From Chlamydiota bacterium (lineage in GTDB: Bacteria > Chlamydiota > Chlamydiia > Chlamydiales > SM23-39), in contig JBEHXF010000006.1 of NCBI GenBank assembly GCA_048498835.1, positions 1 through 55,878 of the forward strand: a stretch of 55,878 nucleotides of DNA, in the 5' to 3' direction. The first letter of the stretch is position 1. The number at the start of each line of letters is the position of its first letter. A model generated the notes under the pieces. It saw nothing but the letters and a program-made list of their open reading frames with translations. It searched no databases and was not told where the DNA came from. Positions 38,168-46,424 of the stretch are shown here, one piece after another. A program made the translations under genes and the position numbers.

Positions 38168-39968
38168 ATTTTCTAACCCTTCTTTGATGCACCAACACGG
38201 CGCTTGTAATGAGGAGTAGCAAACTCAAAACGAAAAGGTTGAATTTTAGAACGTTGTGACAAATTTTTGAAAGAGAATTGATTTGATTTTTTAGACTGTC
38301 GGGAATTTGATAGTGCCGTACTTCTGGCAATTCTTTGAGCCAACTGTTATCCCATTGGTGATTGGCAAAGAGAAAATGGTGATCTTGAAGAGATTGTACG
38401 ATTCGCTTCGGATATTTATCGGGGAAAACAGCCGCTGCCGGAAAGATCAAGATATTTTCGGTTCCATTTAGCTCATTGATCGCGTCGTGAAAGCTATCAA
38501 ACGTCCGAATCAATGTCCGCAATAAAGAGGAAATTCGGTCGTTATACGGAAGCATCTGATCGGCATCCTCCCATCGCTCATGAATTTTCTCCATTGTATT
38601 TAGTAAGACTGGGTGTTTGGATTTAGAACCGATTAAACAGTTCGTGATAATCACCTCTTTTTTATAGAGAGGGCTTGGATGAAGTGGTTCAAGAGAGGCA
38701 AAGAGAGAAAGGTGTCCGCAAAGGGGCGAAAAGGTGCGGTAACATTCAATATCGTGGTCGACGTAGATGCCACCTTCTTGGTACAAAATCTCATAGCGAA
38801 GGAGATCGGAGCGCTCGCCCCAATTTTGTGCCTTTGGGTAAAGAGATCCGATATGAGGCATTTGTAATTCAGAAAACAGATGTTTTTCCATCCCTTCAAC
38901 GGGAACTTCTCGAGCCAAATCGTCGGTCCAAAACTTAAAAACCCAGTTGGGGTGAAATGCTTTCCAACTCAAGATGTTTTTAATCGATTTTTCAGGAAAG
39001 GGATTTTTCCCTCCCCAAATGAAATGAATGACATGCGGAATTTCAATTTTTTGGGTTGGCTGAGTTAGTTGCTGAAATGAGGTTGAAAACAATTGATGGC
39101 AGAGTTGGATGCATTGTTCGTCTTCATCACCGAGTGGTTTAGCTTTCAGTCGATTCCATTGATAAAAAAGGTTGGTTTGTTTCGCCTTCTTTATTTGGAG
39201 AGATTTGAAAGTGGGATAGAGAAGAGCGAGTGCTACGCAGAATGAACCGAATTGAACAATTCTAAAGAATTGTTTTTTTTTCATTTTTGAGAATAAAAAG
39301 ACGAGCAGCGCTCCGTTAATCAAAATTAGGCCCGCGATTGCGCCGCTCACTTTTAAGGCTCGAGAGAGCGATTTTGTCAACCTGTGACTCGTCCAGTGTT
39401 TCTCAATGAGAGCGCCTTGGATTTTGCAGTGTTCAGTTGTTAGATTAGGGTATTTTTGAAATCGCTTAAAACAAACCCCGGATTGATCAAGAGGAGAGAT
39501 TTGAGTCGTGAAAACTTGATCGGGCAGGATAAAATCGGCGGGTAAAATGTTGTTTTTTAGTCCTTTATAACGAGGCGCTGCGCCCTCAATCGAACAGAGA
39601 TCCGAGGAGATAAAATGATCGTATTGATAGGTGAGAAAATTGAGAGATTTACAAGCTAACATATCAGGGTGGATCCACACTCCCCCTTCTTGAAAGAGAA
39701 TTTCCTGTTTTAGTTCCTCCAGATCAACCTTTGCTGGATGGATTTTACAAATTTTGACATCCTTGAGAGAACATTTGGCATTGGTCCATACCTTAAATGT
39801 CCAATGAGGATGAGCCATTTGCCAGCTCTTAATCGATTCGACTTCTTCTTTAGATAGCGGTTGTGGATCGAGATGAATCCAATGGAACGTTGGAGGAATT
39901 TTTCTACTTGAAGTGCACTCTCCCTGAAAGATGAGAGCAAGTAGAAAAATAAAGATCCATTTGGTCAT
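38121..39968 (-). CDS. membrane-anchored protein with tandem GT32-like (DXD) glycosyltransferase domains
   Basis: IPPTFHWIH..SW...HP.W..K.W, and a second IPHVIHFIW..SWK..HPNW..SDLLRYEILYQEGGIYVDHD; central and C-terminal TM segments. Confidence 0.8.
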   Translation of the reverse strand: MTKWIFIFLLALIFQGECTSSRKIPPTFHWIHLDPQPLSKEEVESIKSWQMAHPHWTFKVWTNAKCSLKDVKICKIHPAKVDLEELKQEILFQEGGVWIHPDMLACKSLNFLTYQYDHFISSDLCSIEGAAPRYKGLKNNILPADFILPDQVFTTQISPLDQSGVCFKRFQKYPNLTTEHCKIQGALIEKHWTSHRLTKSLSRALKVSGAIAGLILINGALLVFLFSKMKKKQFFRIVQFGSFCVALALLYPTFKSLQIKKAKQTNLFYQWNRLKAKPLGDEDEQCIQLCHQLFSTSFQQLTQPTQKIEIPHVIHFIWGGKNPFPEKSIKNILSWKAFHPNWVFKFWTDDLAREVPVEGMEKHLFSELQMPHIGSLYPKAQNWGERSDLLRYEILYQEGGIYVDHDIECYRTFSPLCGHLSLFASLEPLHPSPLYKKEVIITNCLIGSKSKHPVLLNTMEKIHERWEDADQMLPYNDRISSLLRTLIRTFDSFHDAINELNGTENILIFPAAAVFPDKYPKRIVQSLQDHHFLFANHQWDNSWLKELPEVRHYQIPDSLKNQINSLSKICHNVLKFNLFVLSLLLLITSAVLVHQRRVRKYEQKGAIPSSVLPHC

Positions 39969-40043
39969 TTCGCTCTCTTGGCCGACGTTTGGGCGGATGT
40001 GCGAAGTGTACCGAAAATCGCGCTTAAATTTCCATCTATGAAT

Positions 40044-41051
40044 CTATTTTTTTCGATAGAAACGTAGATGACCTCCATCTTCAGGAAACTGATCGAGAAT
40101 AATCGTATTTGTGCTGTGTTTGGGAGAGATTCCTTTTTCGCCAATGTGGGCGACGCGATTCACTGTTGTTTGAAGACGGGTATAGCCGGCAAGCCAGATA
40201 GAAAAGGAGGTGATTTGATCTTGATTCATTGGAATCTCTCCATTCGGCGACCAACTTTTCACCCAGTAAATAGAATTCCACTGTGGAGAGTCAAATTGCG
40301 AAAGGATGGCTTTGCGATCATGCGATTTTGCCGTTTTTTGAATCCACTTCTGGTAGTCAAGAAAGGTTGGGCCATTTTTGGGTTTGGACCTCGCTCGTTG
40401 GTATTCTTCTCTACCCAATAAAGGGTCGATAAAGGTCTCATAAGTTGATAATAGAGGGCGAATGTCCTCCCAGACATGTCTTCGTAGCGCATAGGTGACC
40501 ATCGTCCAATGAGGAGTTACTTCGCGCACCTGAGACAAGATCGCTTGTTTTTCTTTTCGACTGAGTCGGCAATTAGACCAAAGTTGGACAGTGCCAATGT
40601 TCGTGTATCGTTCATGAGCCCAATCATCTAAGCTGAGAAGAGTTTCGAAATAGCGATTCGAGAGAAGGAGATCTTCTTCTAACACAACGATTCGATCGAA
40701 GTGACACCAATCAAAGAGAAAGCGTTTAGAATCGATATGATTTTTCGGACAGCCATAATTGATTTCTCTGGCAATCACGTGTTTGTTTTGAATGGGGGAA
40801 GCATTGATTAAAGCCCAGTTTTCAGCTTGCTCTTGGGGAGCTCCGCCATCGAGGAAAAAGAAGAATGGAAGAGTTTGCGATTCTGGATTTTGAGCAATTG
40901 AATCCAATAACTGTTTGAAGTAATGGGGACGATTATAGGCAACCACAGCAACGGCTGTCCCATGTCCTGTTTTTTTGGCATAGTCAAAATAGGCAGAGTC
41001 ATAACCGAATAAATAAACACACGCTACTAGGAACGCTATTGTAAGTCTCAT
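40044..41051 (-). CDS. GT-A fold glycosyltransferase
   Basis: VAYNRPHY, FLDG, LEEDL and RVAHIG. Confidence 0.75.
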   Translation of the reverse strand: MRLTIAFLVACVYLFGYDSAYFDYAKKTGHGTAVAVVAYNRPHYFKQLLDSIAQNPESQTLPFFFFLDGGAPQEQAENWALINASPIQNKHVIAREINYGCPKNHIDSKRFLFDWCHFDRIVVLEEDLLLSNRYFETLLSLDDWAHERYTNIGTVQLWSNCRLSRKEKQAILSQVREVTPHWTMVTYALRRHVWEDIRPLLSTYETFIDPLLGREEYQRARSKPKNGPTFLDYQKWIQKTAKSHDRKAILSQFDSPQWNSIYWVKSWSPNGEIPMNQDQITSFSIWLAGYTRLQTTVNRVAHIGEKGISPKHSTNTIILDQFPEDGGHLRFYRKK

Positions 41052-42376
41052 TGCTGCCGTCCGACGTTGATCAGTTCAAATCCTTGCTCTTTTGCGTATG
41101 CAGGAGGAAATAAGTTTTTAAAATCTGCTATTTTCCGTTCGCCGACAAGCAATGCTATTTTTGCCAAATCGAGATTTTTGATTTGAGTCGATTCATTGAG
41201 CACGATGAGACATTCAGTTGCTTTTGCGGCTTCGTAGGGGCAATTGAAGCACTGGATTTGTGGGAAAAACTTTTGTAAAAGTGGCAAGGCGTGCGGATCA
41301 TATGCGCGGATCGTGTGGCCTTGATCTAAGAGACTCTGGATAATGGAAAGAGCAGGAGCATGACGAAGATCATCTGTATTTGCCTTAAAAGCTGCACCTA
41401 AAATAGCGATTTCTTTTGGCTTTTCGCCGATAAATTGAGTCAATCGCTCGATTGTTCCCTGAAGATGTTGCTGATTGGAGGCGATAGCCTGATGCGCTAG
41501 CGTGGAAAATAGGCCGTGATCTTCAAAAATTCTCGACAAGCCCAGCGTATCTTTTGGTAGGCAGGAGCCTCCATAGCCGCAGCCCGGCTTTAAGTCTTTG
41601 GTAGGCAAGATGATCTCACTTCCCGCTATTCCGCGAGCTACCGTTTCGATATCGGCTGAGAAAATATTGCAGAGGCGGCTGAGCTCATTGATGTAGGAAA
41701 CTCGAATTGCCGAAAATCCATTCCAGCCATACTTGATTAATTCAGCTGTTTCCGGAGTTGTTTCGATCACATCGATGAGGGGATTGCCATCGATCAAAGG
41801 TTGGTATAATGCTTTAAGCGGCTCTCCCTGCTCTAAAAAGCGGGCTCCAATGACAACGGGATTGCGAGATTCAAGATCGGCAATGGCCGATCCTTCTCTC
41901 ATAAATTCGGGGTTATAAACGAGGTGTATCTGTTGATTATTTTTTAGTCGCTCTTCCAATGATGCAATAGATCCGGGTGAAACCGTACTCTTAATACAAA
42001 CCGTGCGGGGAGTCAGGGGCATTTCAGCGATTCGATCCAATACATGCGCGATCGCAGTCAAATCGCATCGCCCTTTTGCATCGGGCGGAGTTCCGACACA
42101 GATAAAGAGCAGTGGAACATTCTCGAGGGCTTTTAGCTCTGTTGTAAAGAGGACATTTGTTTGAAAGAGCTCCTGCAGGCCAGGTTCGTAAATAGGCAAA
42201 ATACCCTTTTTCAAGGAATCGATTTTCCCTTGATCAACGTCGACGCAAATGACTTGATGCCCCCACTTTGCGAGCATTCCACTCAAGACTAGGCCCACAT
42301 AGCCAGAGCCCACCACTCCAATGGTTTCGGCCTGAATGGCTACACAAAACAAAAGCCAAAAAAAGACCTTTTTCAT
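41048..42376 (-). CDS. ugd: UDP-glucose/GDP-mannose dehydrogenase with signal peptide
   Basis: GSGYVG, CVGTP, KSTV, NPEFMREG, GYGGSCLPKD and AFKANTDDLR. Confidence 0.9.
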   Translation of the reverse strand: MKKVFFWLLFCVAIQAETIGVVGSGYVGLVLSGMLAKWGHQVICVDVDQGKIDSLKKGILPIYEPGLQELFQTNVLFTTELKALENVPLLFICVGTPPDAKGRCDLTAIAHVLDRIAEMPLTPRTVCIKSTVSPGSIASLEERLKNNQQIHLVYNPEFMREGSAIADLESRNPVVIGARFLEQGEPLKALYQPLIDGNPLIDVIETTPETAELIKYGWNGFSAIRVSYINELSRLCNIFSADIETVARGIAGSEIILPTKDLKPGCGYGGSCLPKDTLGLSRIFEDHGLFSTLAHQAIASNQQHLQGTIERLTQFIGEKPKEIAILGAAFKANTDDLRHAPALSIIQSLLDQGHTIRAYDPHALPLLQKFFPQIQCFNCPYEAAKATECLIVLNESTQIKNLDLAKIALLVGERKIADFKNLFPPAYAKEQGFELINVGRQQ

Positions 42377-43356
42377 GGAGTTACCCGATAAATGGTCAAT
42401 TTATCATCGCCATAGTTGCTCACCCCCAAATACTGTCCATCTGGAGAAAAGCTAAGTCCATGTGGAAAGCTCAGTTGCGCACCAGGATTTTGAAGGACAA
42501 TAGCAGGTGTTCCAAGCGTGCCCGATAAAGGATCGAACGTCATACGGTAAACACAATCTCCATTTTGATCAGTTGTATAGACAGCCGTTTGGGCTGGGTG
42601 GATGGCAATTCCTTCGTTGCTTCCATTCAAGACCTGCATGCTCACTGGCTTTTTTCCAACATTTCCATTCGCAGAATTGAAGTGATAGACGGCCACTCTG
42701 CCTTTCATAATCGGATCGGATAAGCCGGCATTCAATCCATAGGCAATGACTAAAAACCGATTGTCCGATGTAAAGCTTAGCGCCTTCGGTTTTATATTTT
42801 TTATCGAGATCGGTCTCGACTCAACTAATCTTAGTTCCGATTCTTTTATCTGGTAAATATTCAATCTGCCCGGTTCGCCGATCGTTACGCAGGCGAAATA
42901 AGATCCGTCCGGAGAAAAGGCTCCGTCATGCACGATCTGATCAGCTTCATCGGAAGAAACAGCAAGAGGCTCTGTTGCTGTCACTTGATAAAGAGTGATG
43001 ATTTTCATCCCCGTAATGGCCAGAAGAGAGCCGTCTGGTGAGAAAATCACCCGCTCGGGATTTTTCATCCCATTCCCTTTTATTGAACAGCGGCTAATCG
43101 ATTGGATTTCTCTTCCATCGAACTTCAAAAACCAAAGCATGTGATCGAGGAGATTGACGCTAGCTAAATACGACCCATCGGGCGACCACTTAATATCGCT
43201 ACTGGTTGCGTAGCGGCTTCGATGGCCAAGTCTTAAAGGCTTACCTGTTGGATGAGTGAGATAAGAATCGGGAAAGGCATACACGCTGATGGGTTCAGAG
43301 GAGATGTTCTCCGCTTGTAAACTAAAGCTAAGAAGCGCAATGATGAGCCATTTCAT
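42373..43356 (-). CDS. secreted beta-propeller (lactonase-like) protein
   Basis: Repeated (W/F)SPDG blades, FPHGLSFSPDG and a signal peptide. Confidence 0.75.
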   Translation of the reverse strand: MKWLIIALLSFSLQAENISSEPISVYAFPDSYLTHPTGKPLRLGHRSRYATSSDIKWSPDGSYLASVNLLDHMLWFLKFDGREIQSISRCSIKGNGMKNPERVIFSPDGSLLAITGMKIITLYQVTATEPLAVSSDEADQIVHDGAFSPDGSYFACVTIGEPGRLNIYQIKESELRLVESRPISIKNIKPKALSFTSDNRFLVIAYGLNAGLSDPIMKGRVAVYHFNSANGNVGKKPVSMQVLNGSNEGIAIHPAQTAVYTTDQNGDCVYRMTFDPLSGTLGTPAIVLQNPGAQLSFPHGLSFSPDGQYLGVSNYGDDKLTIYRVTP

Positions 43357-43443
43357 AATGGGAAAGCATGTTATTGAAAAATTTGCATATATTTCAATAA
43401 ATATTTAAAAATAGTGATCGCCCTGTCAGAAAAAAATAGACCC

Positions 43444-44211
43444 ATGCGAATTTTACTTCTATTTCCTATCTTTCTCTTTGGCGTCTCTGATCAGTATGCT
43501 TTTCGCGCCGTTGATCCCATCCTGCCTATCGATCAATTGCAATTCGAAAACGACTATAGTCCAATCAATGCGCACGCAAAGGGGATGTCCAACATTTTCT
43601 ACCTAAAGCCTCTCTTGAGAATTGATCCGAATCGCTGGATCAAGCTCTACCAAGGAATGCGCTTTCAATTTCAACTCCTCTCTACCCCTCATTCCTCTAC
43701 AACTCATCAAACCACAAACCTAGGCGACACCCAATGGTTTGATCTTTTTCTTTGGACGGGCAAGTGGTGGGAAGTGGGGATTGGCCCCATGGCCATTTTC
43801 CCCACAGCTCTAAGCTCCTCCACAGGCCAAGGGAAATGGCAATTGGGTCCTGCCTTTGGTTTCTTGTTGCAACTGCATAAAACCCAGCTCGGCCTGCTCG
43901 CGCAAAATCCAATTTCCTTTGCGGGCAATTCCCATCGACCCGATCAAAATTATCTCCTCTTCCAACCCTATTTTTTTCAACACCTGGGCCGGGGATGGTA
44001 TCTCATTTCTAATCCTCAATGGACTCTCGACTGGCTTCATCACAATTACAAAATTCCACTCAATTTTGGTGCGGGAAGAGTGTTTGGGATTGGCCAGCAG
44101 ATGTTCAGCGTCAATTTACGCGCTGAGGGGATGGCTTATGAAAGCGCCCGCGGCTACGTTCCCGAATTCACCCTTCAACTATTCTTCAGCCCTCTTTTTG
44201 AAAGAGAGTGA
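43444..44211 (+). CDS. putative outer-membrane beta-barrel protein
   Basis: LGD, GIGP..FPTA...TGQGKWQLGP and PLNFGAGRVF; amphipathic strands. Confidence 0.6.
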   Translation: MRILLLFPIFLFGVSDQYAFRAVDPILPIDQLQFENDYSPINAHAKGMSNIFYLKPLLRIDPNRWIKLYQGMRFQFQLLSTPHSSTTHQTTNLGDTQWFDLFLWTGKWWEVGIGPMAIFPTALSSSTGQGKWQLGPAFGFLLQLHKTQLGLLAQNPISFAGNSHRPDQNYLLFQPYFFQHLGRGWYLISNPQWTLDWLHHNYKIPLNFGAGRVFGIGQQMFSVNLRAEGMAYESARGYVPEFTLQLFFSPLFERE

Positions 44212-44301
44212 ACGCTTTTCATTTCACGGTTTGATCTTGTTCTAAGTCTTTAAAAATAAGGTCCTTAAAAAATTCTAGAAAAATTCCTGTTTTTGACTTA
44301 G

Positions 44302-44340
44302 CTGTTCAATATTTCTGTCTGTTCAATATATATTGAACAG
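44302..44340. promoter_or_regulatory. candidate antitoxin operator
   Basis: Perfect 22-bp palindrome ctgttcaatatatattgaacag (44319-44340) plus an extra half-site ctgttcaatat (44302-44312), just upstream of the HTH antitoxin gene. Confidence 0.7.
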
Positions 44341-44368
44341 TGTAATATAGCGAACAGAAGGGGGCGAA

Positions 44369-45091
44369 ATGAAAGGTCGTTTTCTAGTAAGTTCCAATGA
44401 AGATCCAGCAGAAGGGAATGTCTATGCAGACAAGTCTTCCCTTGTCCTTGACTGGCTACTTCGAGAAGGGATTGCCAAAGAAAGCTTCTCATTGAGAGAA
44501 GTTGCTAAAGAAGCGGGCGTAAGCCTTGGTCTAGTTCAACGTGTTTTTAATATTCTAGTAATGAAAGGACTTCTGCAAGTTGAAGGAGTAAGAACTGCCA
44601 AGAGATTTTTCTTTAACAAACCAAAAGAGCTTCTAGAAAGCTGGCTAGAGCACTATAGCATCGTGAAAAAATGCAAAGTCAGAACCTATCGTTCAGCTCT
44701 TTCGGATAAGTCAGAATGGTTCAAGGCTTTAAAGAAATCTGGACTTGGAGCTGACGTGATCTTGGCGCTTCATTCAGCAGCCGAAGCACTTAAGTTTAAG
44801 AATACCAATCTGGAAGGCCTAGAATTGTATGTCCTTGACCCTTCGATTAGAGCGAAATTGGAAAATGCTTTGCAATTAGAGCCTCAAGAAAGAGGGTATG
44901 AGGTTTTGTTGATCGAACCTTACTACAAAATGTTACTCAAGCAAAATAGAAAGGATGGTAAAGAAATTGGCATTTGCCCGCTTCTCCTTACCTTTTTAGA
45001 CCTTTACCATTTCCCTCTACGAGGACAAGAGCAAGCAGAATTTATAGCAAGTCGAGCCCCAGCGCTGAAACGCATCTATAAAAAACCTTAA
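44369..45091 (+). CDS. type IV toxin-antitoxin AbiEi-like antitoxin (wHTH regulator)
   Basis: SLREVAKEAGVSLGLVQR HTH, ELLESW and LLTFLDLY..P.RGQEQAE. Confidence 0.8.
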   Translation: MKGRFLVSSNEDPAEGNVYADKSSLVLDWLLREGIAKESFSLREVAKEAGVSLGLVQRVFNILVMKGLLQVEGVRTAKRFFFNKPKELLESWLEHYSIVKKCKVRTYRSALSDKSEWFKALKKSGLGADVILALHSAAEALKFKNTNLEGLELYVLDPSIRAKLENALQLEPQERGYEVLLIEPYYKMLLKQNRKDGKEIGICPLLLTFLDLYHFPLRGQEQAEFIASRAPALKRIYKKP

Positions 45092-45097
45092 GATCAA

Positions 45098-45883
45098 ATG
45101 AAACAGATTCAAGAAGACAAGATCATTTCAGAATTTTTAAAGTCACTGGGACCATGGGGAGAGTTCGTTGTTATCGGAGGTGGTTTTGCTCTTTTTATTT
45201 ACAAGCTTTATCTCGCCGATCCCAAGCTCGAGAATCTCCCTGTTGGAACGCGAGATATTGATTCCTTAATTCCCAGAAAAGTCCCTGAGATTTCTAAAAA
45301 GAACATCGCCAAATGTCTCAATGAAGCGGGTTTTATTCATGTCTTTAAAGATGTCGATATTCCTGCGACAGAAAGTTTTGTAAAAGAGATCGATGGCGTA
45401 GAAGTAGAAATCGAATTCTTGACCGATTCAGCCACCCGCGAGGATAAGAATAAAAATGTCGTGATTGCAGGGATTGTTGCTCAGCCATTGAGCTACTTGA
45501 GCTTAAGCCTGCAAACGACAATGGCATTTCGAACCTATTCAGGAGAAGCGGGAAAAGTCGTCTCACCTGGGGCATGGATTTTTCATAAAGGACTTACTTT
45601 TACCAGGCGGAAAAGCTCGTCAAAGATGTTTAAGGATCTCTATGGGATCTGGTACGTAGCCACGCAGTTGGGAGATTTTTCTGATCAAACGCTTGCCGAG
45701 TTTGCTTTCCTCTCTAAACAGCACCCCAAATGGCAGCAGACATTTCAAAAGCAATTGTCCAACTGGATGAATCAAGCTTCTCCCACTGAATGGTCTAAAC
45801 TGGAGGCTCAAGACCCATCTGGAAAGCTAAAAAAACTAGGCTTTGAACGATCTGTGAAGATGCTTGTTACGAGCAGAATATAG
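45098..45883 (+). CDS. AbiEii-like (GSU2403-type) nucleotidyltransferase toxin
   Basis: VVIGGFA, GTRDID, IEFL and HK.....R....K..KD; 6 bp downstream of the antitoxin gene. Confidence 0.8.
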   Translation: MKQIQEDKIISEFLKSLGPWGEFVVIGGGFALFIYKLYLADPKLENLPVGTRDIDSLIPRKVPEISKKNIAKCLNEAGFIHVFKDVDIPATESFVKEIDGVEVEIEFLTDSATREDKNKNVVIAGIVAQPLSYLSLSLQTTMAFRTYSGEAGKVVSPGAWIFHKGLTFTRRKSSSKMFKDLYGIWYVATQLGDFSDQTLAEFAFLSKQHPKWQQTFQKQLSNWMNQASPTEWSKLEAQDPSGKLKKLGFERSVKMLVTSRI

Positions 45884-46144
45884 TAAAGAAGGTAACTAAG
45901 AGGATTGGTTAGTTAACTCAGTGACCGACTATTTCCTTGTGAATTAAGAAGTTCGGTGCTTTTTTTGTTTTTTCATCACTAACGCCATTTTTCGTTCCAC
46001 TGTTTGCACTAGAATCCAATCATTTACAACTAAATTCCTGCTACAACAATAGCAGCAAGCTTGGAGCAGAAAAAAAGCCTAGAGAAGACAGAACAGAAGC
46101 CGCATCGGCGCATTCCTCTGCCCGCAATTTTTGCGGTGCAAAAT

Positions 46145-46191
46145 TTGGGGCAGGCTGGACTTGAACCAGCGACCGACGGGTTATGAGTCCG
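46145..46191 (-). repeat. att direct repeat (3' 47 bp of the tRNA)
   Basis: Identical to 50583..50629. Confidence 0.95.
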
Positions 46192-46328
46192 TCTTTTTGC
46201 CTCACTGGTCATCTCTGACCATCTGTTCACATCACTATGGTACAAAGACTTAAGTGTTGTAGTCAATTGAAGAAAGTTGTTGTCAGCTGACACGAATAGG
46301 GCCTCACTGTGCCGCCAGTGTGCCTTGA

Positions 46329-46357
46329 TTGAAGGGAGCTCAAGGATCGTGTATACT
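46329..46357 (+). promoter_or_regulatory. sigma70-type promoter candidate for the island genes
   Basis: TTGAAG-N17-TATACT upstream of ATG 46425. Confidence 0.5.
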
Positions 46358-46424
46358 GTAGGCTCGTAAGCTGGATTTTCTAACTGTTCCAGTAGTTCCA
46401 TTATAAAAGAAAAAAGAGAAGAGC

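Noticed and set aside
46145-46191. second tRNA gene
   Set aside because: Only the 3' 47 bp are present, with no D-arm or 5' acceptor strand; it is an att site
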